This document shows positions 1 through 9,149 of a DNA stretch of 64,000 nt, in pieces. Numbering within the stretch: the stretch's first letter is position 1; the number at the start of each line of letters is the position of its first letter. The notes beneath the pieces were generated by a model. That model did not search any database. It worked only from the letters and a program-made list of their open reading frames with translations, and had not been told where the DNA came from. A program made the position numbers and the translations under genes. This DNA is from an uncultured Chloroflexia bacterium (GTDB taxonomy: Bacteria > Chloroflexota > UBA6077 > JACCZL01), in NCBI GenBank assembly GCA_963765765.1, contig CAVXYC010000001.1, positions 192,001-256,000 on the forward strand, written 5' to 3'.

Positions 1-462
1 CTCCAGCGACAGGGCGGCGGATGGCAAACTTCGAGGCGGCGGCCCAGGTCCTGGGGCAGCAGGTGCGGCGGGTGCCGGCGCGGACGGCCGACGACTTCGC
101 CGGCGCCTTCCGCGGCGGTCGGCTGGGGTGCCGACGCGGTGCTGGTGCCATCGGACGGCCTGACCGTCAGTTACCCGACTCGGGTCGTCGAGCTGGCGAC
201 GCAGCATCGGCTGCCGACCTTCTACGAACATCGGGAGTTCACCGATGTGGGCGGGCTTGCGACCTACGGGCCCAACTACGCCGAGATCTACTGGCGCGCC
301 GCCACCTACGTGGACAGGATCCTCAAAGGGGCCACGCCGGCCGATCTCCCCGTCGAAGAGCCCACGACCTTCGACTTCGTGATCAACCTCAAGGCCGCCC
401 AGGGGCTCGGGCTGATCATCCCGCAGTCGGTCCTGGCCCAGGCGACCGAGCTCATCCAGTAG
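1..462 (+). CDS. ABC transporter substrate-binding protein, ABC_sub_bind type (5' partial, frameshift near 110)
   Basis: C-terminus GGLATYGP..YVDRILKGATPADLPVEEPTTFDFVINLKAAQGLGL..LAQATELIQ is the family signature; paralogous to 560..1585. Confidence 0.9.
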   Translation, partial: LQRQGGGWQTSRRRPRSWGSRCGGCRRGRPTTSPAPSAAVGWGADAVLVPSDGLTVSYPTRVVELATQHRLPTFYEHREFTDVGGLATYGPNYAEIYWRAATYVDRILKGATPADLPVEEPTTFDFVINLKAAQGLGLIIPQSVLAQATELIQ

Positions 463-463
463 C

Positions 464-543
464 GAGTGAGCTCGCTCGAGCAATCTCCCTCTTTCGCTGA
501 GCCCCTAGGTAGGCACGTTCCGATAATGGGGGTTATCGGAACG
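464..543 (+). repeat. ~80-bp direct repeat copy 1 ending in symmetric dif-like site CGTTCCGATAA-TGGGGG-TTATCGGAACG (516-543)
   Basis: 464-517 nearly identical to 1624-1678; perfect 11-bp inverted arms around a 6-bp spacer. Confidence 0.85.
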
Positions 544-559
544 TCGACCGCCCCGGTGA

Positions 560-1585
560 CTACTGGATGACTTCGGTGGCCTGCGTCAGGATGGACTGCG
601 GAATGGTCAGCCCCAGGGCGTGCGCTGTTTTGAGATTGATGGCGAAGTCGAACTCTGTGGGCCGCTCCATCGGCAGGTCGCCGGGGCGGGCACCTCGCAG
701 GATCTTGTCCACGTACGGTGCTGCGCTCCGGTAGATCGCGGCTCGACTCGAGCCATATGCCAGCAAGCCTCCCGCCCGAGCGAACTCCGGAAATTCCGTG
801 ATCGACGGCAGCCGATACCGGAGTGCTAACTCGGCGATGCGTCCCCACGCAGAGTCCCACTGGGTGGCGGCGAGAAGCTTGACGGCATCAGCGCCGGCTG
901 CGGATACGGCCACGAACGCGTCGTCGAGGCCGCTGATGTTCGGTATGTGGACGACGTGAAGGTGTACCCCGAGGCCGGGCGCGGCCTCCTGGAGCGCCCG
1001 CAGGCGGATCTCTGATCCCGAGGTCGCGTCGGCGCTGCCTTCGCGGAGCACGGCTACACGGGAGGCGTGCGGAACCGCTTCCTTCAGTAGTTGAAGCTGC
1101 TTGCCTTCGAATTGCGACCCGCTGATGCCGGCCGTCCCGGTGATGTTCCCGCCGGGCCGCGCGATGTTGTCGACGAGCCCCATCTCGATTGCCTCCGTGC
1201 TGAACAGGATCGTCACGAGCGGGACCGTGGCGGTCGCTTGCTTGGCGGCGAGGCTGGCCGGCGGCGAGCCCACTACAATCAGCTCGACCTTCCGCTCGAC
1301 GAGCTCGGTCGCCAGCGCCCCGTACCGTTGGGAGTCTCCCCCGGCCCAGCGGGACTCCACGGCGAGGTTCCGGCCCTCGACCCAGCCCAGCTCCCGCAGT
1401 CCATCCCAGAACGCGTCCCAACGCCCGCCAGGCGCGCCTCCGAGGACCCCGATCAGGCGCACCCGCTCGGACGTTGGGGCCTGGGGAGGGAGCAGCCCGC
1501 AGCCGGCCAACAGACCGAGGCCGGCCACGGACAAGCCACCCATCAGGAAGCGGCGACGGGTGCTCGATGGTCCGAGTGGCGTCAT
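560..1585 (-). CDS. ABC transporter substrate-binding lipoprotein, ABC_sub_bind type, Tat signal
   Basis: TRRRFL Tat motif, LAGC lipobox, GWVEGRNL, RPGGNITG, DLPMERPTEFDFAINLKTA; ATG at 1585 shortly after a TACACT -10. Confidence 0.93.
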   Translation of the reverse strand: MTPLGPSSTRRRFLMGGLSVAGLGLLAGCGLLPPQAPTSERVRLIGVLGGAPGGRWDAFWDGLRELGWVEGRNLAVESRWAGGDSQRYGALATELVERKVELIVVGSPPASLAAKQATATVPLVTILFSTEAIEMGLVDNIARPGGNITGTAGISGSQFEGKQLQLLKEAVPHASRVAVLREGSADATSGSEIRLRALQEAAPGLGVHLHVVHIPNISGLDDAFVAVSAAGADAVKLLAATQWDSAWGRIAELALRYRLPSITEFPEFARAGGLLAYGSSRAAIYRSAAPYVDKILRGARPGDLPMERPTEFDFAINLKTAHALGLTIPQSILTQATEVIQ

Positions 1586-1623
1586 GATGGCGCTAGTGTA
1601 CGCCCGCGTGGTGCCACAACGCA

Positions 1624-1705
1624 GAGTGAGCTCGCTCGAGCAATCTCCCCTCTTTCGCTGAGCCCCTAGGCAGGCACGGGGCCGATAATGGCGATTATCG
1701 GAGTG
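1624..1705 (+). repeat. ~80-bp direct repeat copy 2 ending in dif-like site GGGGCCGATAA-TGGCGA-TTATCGGAGTG (1678-1705)
   Basis: Direct repeat of 464-543; CCGATAA-N6-TTATCGG core conserved, spacer and outer arms differ. Confidence 0.85.
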
Positions 1706-1933
1706 ATCGGGTTCCACTGTCGGGCGCGGCGTGCCTCCCGCGCTCACGCTATGATCTCACGTTGTGGCTTCCGCGGAATCCTCGTTTGGGAATTCTGCTT
1801 GGCTGTGCGGTACGGTTCGCCGAAGACGGCGACATCGATTTCCATACGAACGAACCGTTGCACTACATTCACTATCGTTGAAGCGTACAAGTCGTGACGG
1901 TGATAACCGTCTGGGTTCGGAGAGATTGCTTCC

Positions 1934-2695
1934 ATGAGGACCGTGCTCATCATTGGCATTGGTGCAGGCGATCCCGACTACATGACGGTGCAGGCCATTA
2001 AAGCGCTCAATCGAGTTGACGTGTTCTTCGTCATCGACAAAGGGCCACGCAAAGACGAGCTGGCCCGTCTACGGACCACTATCTGCGATCGCTACATTGA
2101 GCATCGCTCCTATCGGTTCGTTGAGATCCAGGACCCAGAGCGCGACCGATCAGGAAACCATTACCGAGCGGCCGTTGAGGCGTGGCGTCAGGAGCGAATG
2201 GAGAAATATCAGTTGGCCTTGCTCAGCGAGCTCGACCCTGAGGCTACCGGGGGATTTCTCGTCTGGGGCGATCCAACAATTTATGACGGCACGCTGGGCA
2301 TGATCCATGAGATTGCCGCGCGTGGTGCGGTTGATCTGAACTACGAGGTGATCCCGGGAATCTCCAGTGTTCAGGCACTGGCTGCACAGCACAAGGTTCC
2401 TTTGAATCGGGTGGGCGAGCCCATTCACATCACGACCGGTAGGCGCGTATCCGAAGGGCTCACGGCAGACCAGGACAATCTGGTTGTGATGCTCGATGGC
2501 GATCAGGCCTTTCGTCAGGTCGCCGACGAAGGTTTTGATATCTATTGGGGCGCGTATGTGGGTACGGAGGATGAGATTCTCGTATCCGGCCATCTTGAAG
2601 ATGTGAAGGATGAGCTGGAAACGATCCGTGCTGACGCCCGCGAAAAGCACGGCTGGATTATGGACACCTATATCCTTCGGCGGCGGGAGTCTTGA
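1934..2695 (+). CDS. cobF: Precorrin-6A synthase (deacetylating)
   Basis: IGIGAGDPDYMTVQAIKAL, FLVWGDPTIYD, VIPGISS, IYWGAYVG, GWIMDTYILRR. Confidence 0.93.
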   Translation: MRTVLIIGIGAGDPDYMTVQAIKALNRVDVFFVIDKGPRKDELARLRTTICDRYIEHRSYRFVEIQDPERDRSGNHYRAAVEAWRQERMEKYQLALLSELDPEATGGFLVWGDPTIYDGTLGMIHEIAARGAVDLNYEVIPGISSVQALAAQHKVPLNRVGEPIHITTGRRVSEGLTADQDNLVVMLDGDQAFRQVADEGFDIYWGAYVGTEDEILVSGHLEDVKDELETIRADAREKHGWIMDTYILRRRES

Positions 2696-3456
2696 GCCTC
2701 GTCACGGCGAGCGGACCGGTGCTCGTGCTTGGGGGGACCTCGGAAGCTCGCGAAGTTGCTGATGCGCTGGACCAAGCCGGTCAACCAGTTGTGTCCTCAA
2801 TGGCTGGCCGCATAGCCTCGCCGAGCTTTCCCGCTGGTGAGGTGCGGGTCGGCGGATTTGGCGGCGCCGAGTCACTGGCGGAGTGGCTTGAGGTCAACAG
2901 GTGCGCCGCGGTGATCGATGCGACGCACCCATTCGCCGTGAGGATCTCAAAGTCCGCCGTCTCGGCCTGCGGCGCCGCTCAGGTGCCGCTCGTGCGATTG
3001 AATCGGCCCGGGTGGGTCCAGCAACCCGAAGACCGTTGGTACTGGGTCGATGATATCGAGTCGGCCGCCGTTCTGGCGCCGCGGCTCGGGAATCGAATCC
3101 TGCTGACCATCGGACGTCAGTACCTGAATGCCTTCGCACATGTATCAGACGCGTGGTTCCTGGTCCGCTCCGTGGACCCGCCAACGTTGACCCTACCGAT
3201 GGACCATGAGCTGCTGTTGAGTCGCGGACCATTCACGCTTGATGCTGAGATGGAGCTGATCCAGAGACATCGGATCGACCTCATTGTGACGAGAGATAGC
3301 GGCGGAGCTGCCACCGAGCCCAAGCTTCTTGCTGCACGGGCACGCGGTCTCCCGGTTGTTGTCGTGCGCCGACCGCCTTGTCCTGATGTATTCACCGTGC
3401 CGGGAGCCCCCGAGGCCCTGGCGTGGCTGCAAGAAGTGGCGGGTCGGAGCTGGTGA
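2692..3456 (+). CDS. cobK: Precorrin-6x / cobalt-precorrin-6A reductase
   Basis: VLGGTSEAR, RVGGFGG, IDATHPFA, RGPF, DSGG..TEPKL. Confidence 0.93.
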   Translation: MSLVTASGPVLVLGGTSEAREVADALDQAGQPVVSSMAGRIASPSFPAGEVRVGGFGGAESLAEWLEVNRCAAVIDATHPFAVRISKSAVSACGAAQVPLVRLNRPGWVQQPEDRWYWVDDIESAAVLAPRLGNRILLTIGRQYLNAFAHVSDAWFLVRSVDPPTLTLPMDHELLLSRGPFTLDAEMELIQRHRIDLIVTRDSGGAATEPKLLAARARGLPVVVVRRPPCPDVFTVPGAPEALAWLQEVAGRSW

Positions 3457-4697
3457 ACCGGGCTCCAGATCAGCACCGTCAACCTTGCCCTGTGCTTGTC
3501 GTTGGCGTGGACGATGCTGCGCCACGGACGGTTCCCGAGTCACTTAGCCGCCGTATCAAGGACGCGGATCTCGTATGTGGCGGCGAGCGACACTTCGATC
3601 ATTTTTCGGAGATCGTGCAAGAGCGATTGGTCATCAAGGCGCCCCTGTCCGACGTTTTAGAGCGAATCGAAGACGCGCACCGGTCTCACAAAAAAGTGGT
3701 TGTCCTGGCATCCGGCGATCCTTGCTGTTTCGGCATTGGCCCGTTGGTGGCGGAGCGACTCGGTCGCGAGCATGTCGAAATCATTCCGAGCGTCAGCTCA
3801 GTTCAGCTCTTGTTTGCCAGGCTGGGGGAGCCGTGGCAACATGTGCGCATCCTGAGCGCGCACGGTCGGCCGATCGAGCCGGTGATCGGCCCTGCGCTCT
3901 CGGCCCGTTACTCGGCCATTTTGGCCGACGATCAACACTCCCCAGCACGAATCGCAGCGGCGTTACTGGACGCAGGGATGGAAAACTGCAGAGCGGTGGT
4001 CGGAGAGCGCCTTGGCGGCCCTGCTGAACGGATCATTGACGGCACTCTCGCATCGATCGTGGATCAAACTTGCGATCCACTCTCAGTCCTGGCACTGTTT
4101 CGCGGTCAAGCTGACATTCGCGTCCCACGCATCGGGTTAGCAGAGCGCTTGTATCACCATCGAGATGGGATGATCACAAAGTCGGAAATCAGGGCCGTGA
4201 GCCTTGGTCATCTTGCTATACAACCCGGAGATATTGTCTGGGACATTGGTGCAGGCTGTGGCTCAGTAGGCCTGGAAGCAGCCAGTCTCGTTGATAGCGG
4301 ATTTGTCTATGCCATCGAGCGAGATGCCCAGCAGGTTGAGCTGATTCATCGCAATTTGAAGACGTTTCCCAGTCCGCTCCGGATCATCTTCGGCGAGGCG
4401 CCCGAGGCGCTCGCGGAGCTTCCCTCACCTGACGCGGTGTTCGCCGGCGGCTCTGGTGGGAATCTGGAGAAAATTGTCGATGTTGCACTCAAGCGACTGA
4501 GACCGGGAGGCCGGCTCGTTGCCAATTTTGTGATCCTGGAACATATGCTGGCGTTTCAGCGCCAGGTTCAGTTGGCCGGCTGGAGCTGCGATGTGTCGCA
4601 GGTGTCGGTAAGCCGGGGAGATGCACTTGGCAGGCTGGGGGCGCTGAACCCGATATTCGTCCTCAAAGCGGCGCGAATATCGGGCGGCAGCCAATGA
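3453..4697 (+). CDS. cobL: Bifunctional precorrin-6Y C5,C15-methyltransferase (CbiE-CbiT fusion)
   Basis: VLASGDP..FGIG, MITKSEIR, WDIGAGCGSV, PDAVFAGGSGG. Confidence 0.92.
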   Translation: MNRAPDQHRQPCPVLVVGVDDAAPRTVPESLSRRIKDADLVCGGERHFDHFSEIVQERLVIKAPLSDVLERIEDAHRSHKKVVVLASGDPCCFGIGPLVAERLGREHVEIIPSVSSVQLLFARLGEPWQHVRILSAHGRPIEPVIGPALSARYSAILADDQHSPARIAAALLDAGMENCRAVVGERLGGPAERIIDGTLASIVDQTCDPLSVLALFRGQADIRVPRIGLAERLYHHRDGMITKSEIRAVSLGHLAIQPGDIVWDIGAGCGSVGLEAASLVDSGFVYAIERDAQQVELIHRNLKTFPSPLRIIFGEAPEALAELPSPDAVFAGGSGGNLEKIVDVALKRLRPGGRLVANFVILEHMLAFQRQVQLAGWSCDVSQVSVSRGDALGRLGALNPIFVLKAARISGGSQ

Positions 4698-4731
4698 GTC
4701 CACTCGGTGAACGCGATCACGGCTCAGCGCC

Positions 4732-5451
4732 ATGAGCGTCCTCCCAACGCTCCATGGCATTGGCGTCGGGCCGGGCGACCCAGAGCTGCTGACTATCAAA
4801 GGCGCCCGCCTGATTCGAGAAGCAGGAGTAATCTTCGTTCCCGCTGCGCGCTCCGGTCAGCGCAGCCTCGCTCGATCCATCGCCGCGCCGTACATCGATG
4901 GAGACAAGAGGGTCGTCGAGCTCATCTACCCAACAGATGGTCGAGCACGGCAGATGCTCGAGGATTGCTGGGACGCCAGCGCGGATACGATTGCGATCGC
5001 ACTCCAACGGGAGCCCATGGGTGTGTTCCTTACCGAGGGCGATGCGATGCTCTACAGCACGTTCATCTATACGATGGAGGCACTGAGCCGTCGGCATCCA
5101 GCGGTCAATATTGAGATTGTTCCGGGAGTTAGCTCCATACATGCAGCGGCTGCGGCTACGGGTGTTCCACTGGCCACGGCAGACCAGCGCGTCGCCATCC
5201 TTCCGTCCGACTCTCCTGAAGCCGTACTCCGCTCAACGCTAACCACAAGCGACACGACAGTGCTCCTGAAACTGAGTAGTGGCGCGGAGACACTCCTTAA
5301 CCTGCTGGACGAGCTACGGCTCATGGACCACGCCGTCTGGATTCGGAGATGCGGTCAGCCTGAGCAAGAGATCGTCCGTGACGTTCGTGCTCTCAGAAAT
5401 CAACGTTTGGATTACTTCTCACTCATGATCGTAAAGCGCCCTGGGCAATGA
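4732..5451 (+). CDS. cobI: Precorrin-2 C20-methyltransferase
   Basis: GIGVGPGDPELLTIKG, TEGDAMLYSTF, YFSLMIV. Confidence 0.92.
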   Translation: MSVLPTLHGIGVGPGDPELLTIKGARLIREAGVIFVPAARSGQRSLARSIAAPYIDGDKRVVELIYPTDGRARQMLEDCWDASADTIAIALQREPMGVFLTEGDAMLYSTFIYTMEALSRRHPAVNIEIVPGVSSIHAAAAATGVPLATADQRVAILPSDSPEAVLRSTLTTSDTTVLLKLSSGAETLLNLLDELRLMDHAVWIRRCGQPEQEIVRDVRALRNQRLDYFSLMIVKRPGQ

Positions 5452-6348
5452 GCGGCATCGTCTATTTCATCGGCGCCGGGCCCGGCGGCGCCCGACCTCC
5501 TTACCGTCCGCGCCGACCGCTTGATCCGCGAGGCCGACGTGGTCATCTATGCCGATTCACTGGTGCACCCGAACGTAGCGCGTCTTGCGAAGCCGGATGC
5601 CACGATCGAAGCCAGCTCGCGGCTCACGCTCGAGCAGATGAGCGCGTTGACCATCGAAGCAGCGCAGGCAGGAAAGACAGTCGTCCGACTACAAAGCGGC
5701 GATCCCGCTGTGTACGGCGCGATGCTGGAGCAGATCTCCAGGCTACGAGAAGCCGGCATACCTTACGAGATCGTCCCAGGAGTGAGCTCCGCCTTTGCCG
5801 CCGCGGCGCTTCTAGATGCTGAGCTGACCGTGCCGGGTGTAAGTCAAACGATCATCATGACTCGAACCGCGGGCCGCACCGGCGCACTCCCCGAAGGCGA
5901 AGATTTGCGTGATCTGGCCCGACATGGGGCGTCGTTGGCGCTGTTCTTGAGCGGAGCATTGCTGCGCAAGGCCGTACCGGAGCTCATCGAAGGCGGATAC
6001 GCGCCAGGGACGCCCGCGGCGATCGTCTATCGAGCCACCTGGGAGGACCAGCAAGTCATCCGCGGTGCACTCGTCGACATGGTTGATCTGGCGCACGCCG
6101 CCGGTATCACGAAACAAGCGTTGTTGATGGTTGGAAACGCGCTGGACCCCGGCCTGCTGGATGACCCGGGAAGACGCTCACACTTATATGATCCGTCGTA
6201 TAGCCACGGGCGGAGAGTGGCGCGCGTGCCTTCTGTCGAGGGAGAGCATCCGCGGGACCCTCACCCCAGCCCTCTCCCAGGGGGAGAGGGAGCCGGCGAA
6301 TCCGGGGGCTCGCTGGCTCCCTCTCCCCCTGGGAGAGGGTTGGGGTGA
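5448..6348 (+). CDS. cobM: Precorrin-4 C11-methyltransferase (frameshift near 5487; repeat-derived C-terminal tail)
   Basis: VYFIGAGPG then YADSLV, RLQSGDP, ELTVPGVSQT, RSHLYDPSYSH. Confidence 0.92.
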
Positions 6349-6358
6349 GGGTCCCACG
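6251..6358. repeat. CCCTCTCCC-type palindromic REP doublet overlapping cobM stop and cbiG start
   Basis: GGGACCCTCACCCCAGCCCTCTCCCAGGGGGAGAGGGAGCC ... GGCTCCCTCTCCCCCTGGGAGAGGGTTGGGGTGAGGGTCCC inverted pair. Confidence 0.88.
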
Positions 6359-7406
6359 AACACAACTCACTACAGCGGTCGTGGCCGTCACCCATCCAGG
6401 AGCGCGAATCGCCGAACGCATTGCCGCGGAGCTTCCCGACGCCCAACTGGAGAGAGCCGACGCGGCGTCCGGTGGTGTGCGCGGACTTCTCAAGCGGCTG
6501 TGGACTTCGTCTGACGAAATTATCCTGGTGATGGCGGCCGGCGCGGCGACCCGATTGATCGCGCCGCTGCTTTCCGACAAGCGTATTGATCCGGGCGTGG
6601 TCGTCGTTGACGACGCCGGTCGCTTCGCCATCAGCTTGATCGGCGGACATCGTGCCGAGGCGAACCGGCTCGCGGAGCGTGTGGCCGCGGTAATCGGCGC
6701 TCAAGCCGTCACGACAACGGCGGCCGAAGCGCTGGGACTGCCCTCCGTTGAATCGCTGGCCCACGAACAAGGCTGGACCATTGAGAATGATGGCGTAGCC
6801 GTGACACGCCTGGCGGCGGCCATCGTGAACGGGGAGCCCATTGGCACCCTGAGCCATGGCGCAAACACTTCGTGGTGGACCGGACCGGTAGACCAGGTCA
6901 TAGGCTTCGAATCGCTGGAGCAGCTTTCCGAAGCGAACGTTGATAGCGCGTTGGTGATTACTGATGGCGCTGTTCCCCGCACGTACGCCAGCAATCTGGA
7001 TCACTGGGTCATCGCGCGGCCCAGGACGCTTGTCGTTGGCGTTGGCTGCTCGACGGGCGCGTCGCCAGCCGATGTGGAAGCCCTGGTGCTTTCAGCCCTC
7101 GACGAAGCCCAGGTGAGCCCACTAAGCGTCTCGGCATTGGCGTCTATCGATCGGCGAGCGGACGAGCCGGCGATTCGCCAGCTCGCGGAGCGACTCGGAT
7201 GCGCATTGCAGACGTTCACCGCCGCGCAGCTCGCTGAGATGCACGTACCGTCGCCATCGGATGCCGTGAAGATCGCCGTCGGTACGCCAAGCGTGTGCGA
7301 GGCAGCGGCCCTTCTCGCCTCCGGCTCGGATCAATTACTGGTCACCAAGCGGAAAAACGCGGTCGCGACGGCGGCCATTGCGCGACTGGCTGATCCCGGA
7401 ATATGA
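6345..7406 (+). CDS. cbiG: Cobalt-precorrin-5A hydrolase-like protein
   Basis: DKRIDPGVVVVDDAGRFAISLIGGH..AN, RPRTLVVGVGC, GTPSVCEAAAL. Confidence 0.92.
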   Translation: MRVPRTQLTTAVVAVTHPGARIAERIAAELPDAQLERADAASGGVRGLLKRLWTSSDEIILVMAAGAATRLIAPLLSDKRIDPGVVVVDDAGRFAISLIGGHRAEANRLAERVAAVIGAQAVTTTAAEALGLPSVESLAHEQGWTIENDGVAVTRLAAAIVNGEPIGTLSHGANTSWWTGPVDQVIGFESLEQLSEANVDSALVITDGAVPRTYASNLDHWVIARPRTLVVGVGCSTGASPADVEALVLSALDEAQVSPLSVSALASIDRRADEPAIRQLAERLGCALQTFTAAQLAEMHVPSPSDAVKIAVGTPSVCEAAALLASGSDQLLVTKRKNAVATAAIARLADPGI

Positions 7407-8191
7407 CGTCTCAGGAAGCGCCCGGCTCCGAGGCATCTGGGGCCATTGACCTCATTGGCATCGGCCCCGGCGGCCCAGAGCATCTCACCTTTGCCGCCGC
7501 GGCGGCGCTGCGTCAGTCGGACGTCGTCATTGGCTATCACGTCTACGTGGATCAGGTCAGAGCCCGGCTGCGGGGCAAGCGTGTCATTAGTAGGGACATT
7601 GGTCTGGAGATGGAGCGCGCCTCGGAAGCCATCATCCTGGCATGTCAGGGGCATCGCGTGGCGCTGATCTCAGGCGGAGATGCCGGTATTTACGGTATGG
7701 CCGCACCACTCTTCGAGACACTGGAAGCCCGTGGCTGGCGACCCGGCCTGGCGCCGCGCGTACGAGTCATCCCGGGCGTCTCGGCGGCACAAGCCGCCGC
7801 ATCGGTTCTCGGCGCGCCACTTATGCACGACTTCGCCACCATCAGCTTGAGCGACCTCATGACTCCTTGGGAAGTCATCAGTCAGCGCATCGAAGCTGCT
7901 GCCCGTGCAGACTTCGTACTGGCGCTCTACAACCCCGCCAGTAAGAAGCGAGTGGAGCAGCTCGATCAGGCGTTTCGCATCGTTGGTTTGTTTCGCTCTG
8001 CCGAAACGCCAGTGGCTTTTGTTCGCAATGCGGGAAGAGCGGGCGAGGTGGCCGAGATCACTCGACTCGGAAGCGCGAAGGCGAGCCAGGCCGACATGCG
8101 CACGCTCGTCATCATTGGAAGCACACAGACCCGTAGGCTCGGCGACCTGCTGCTTACCCCGCGCGGCTACGCGAGCCGCAACGGGAATTAG
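7403..8191 (+). CDS. cobJ: Precorrin-3B C17-methyltransferase
   Basis: ISGGDAGIYGMA, GAPLMHDFATISLSDLMTPW, LYNPAS, TPRGY. Confidence 0.94.
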   Translation: MTSQEAPGSEASGAIDLIGIGPGGPEHLTFAAAAALRQSDVVIGYHVYVDQVRARLRGKRVISRDIGLEMERASEAIILACQGHRVALISGGDAGIYGMAAPLFETLEARGWRPGLAPRVRVIPGVSAAQAAASVLGAPLMHDFATISLSDLMTPWEVISQRIEAAARADFVLALYNPASKKRVEQLDQAFRIVGLFRSAETPVAFVRNAGRAGEVAEITRLGSAKASQADMRTLVIIGSTQTRRLGDLLLTPRGYASRNGN

Positions 8192-8199
8192 CTCGCCGC

Positions 8200-9081
8200 A
8201 TGCCGCTATGGGCCAACTACGCGCTGCTATTGCTGGCTGTGCTGATCTGGGGATCGCTTCATCCCGTATCGAAGCTGACTCTGGCCGAGGTAGCACCGTT
8301 GCAGCTTGCCGCGTCTCGGGTCAGCCTCGCGGCGCTGGTACTCATACCGATCTGCCTGGTCACCGGACGTGCTTCGCGGCTGGCGCAGGCCGCGCGCAAG
8401 GCGCCCGGCACGATCATACTGCTCGGATTGCTCGGCTATCCGTTCTCAATGGCGCTATCCATGCTGGCGCTCACCTCGGTCCCGGCGGCCCTTAACGCGC
8501 TTTTCGCCAACAGCAGTCCTCTCTTTGTGGCGCTCTATGCCATCACACTGCTGAGGGAGAAGCCCAGCCGTCGGGCGCTCGCCGGTATCGTTCTGGGGTT
8601 TGGCGGCGTGGTCCTGCTCTCAATGGGAGGCGCTCCTGGCGGTGGCGCACTTGAGCCGCTGGCAGTGTTGCTGTCCCTCACCGCGGCGGCCTCCTGGGCC
8701 GCGTACTCGGCGGTGGCTCGTGGAATCCTGACGGACCTGGACCCGATTGCCGTCACCGCGCTGGCGGCCGCGGCGGGAGCGATTCCGGTGCTTCTGGCCG
8801 CGGTGATCTGGACGGGTGGCATGTCGGATCCGTTCCAAGCTTCGTCGCAAGTTCAGCTCTACGTGCTCTGGGTAGGACTGGTAGCAACGGGCGTCAATTT
8901 CACGATCTGGGCGGTCGCGCTCCGTCGATTACGAACGGTCAGCGTCTCCGCGTTTCAATACATGATCCCGGTGGTCGCAATGGTCATCGCCGCCATCCTG
9001 CTTGGAGAACAGCCCACTCCGCTTGTCATCCTGGGCGCCGGACTTGTCCTTGCCGGCGTCGCCGCGGCGCAGGCTGGATAG
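8200..9081 (+). CDS. EamA/DMT family transporter
   Basis: ~10 TM in two repeats, LIWG, LLREK, LLGE motifs. Confidence 0.88.
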   Translation: MPLWANYALLLLAVLIWGSLHPVSKLTLAEVAPLQLAASRVSLAALVLIPICLVTGRASRLAQAARKAPGTIILLGLLGYPFSMALSMLALTSVPAALNALFANSSPLFVALYAITLLREKPSRRALAGIVLGFGGVVLLSMGGAPGGGALEPLAVLLSLTAAASWAAYSAVARGILTDLDPIAVTALAAAAGAIPVLLAAVIWTGGMSDPFQASSQVQLYVLWVGLVATGVNFTIWAVALRRLRTVSVSAFQYMIPVVAMVIAAILLGEQPTPLVILGAGLVLAGVAAAQAG

Positions 9082-9149
9082 GGACCCTTTGCAATGTCAG
9101 CGTACCTGAGGTCGCGCGGGCAGGCACACCCGATCTAGGATAAGGGCCC

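Noticed and set aside
516-543. The chromosomal dif site itself
   Set aside because: Two copies 1.2 kb apart with different spacers and no TTATGT-type XerD arm; better treated as dif-like sites
464-1705. CRISPR array or integron attC sites
   Set aside because: Only two long repeats separated by a whole gene; no cas genes; no RYYYAAC...GTTRRRY attC ends seen
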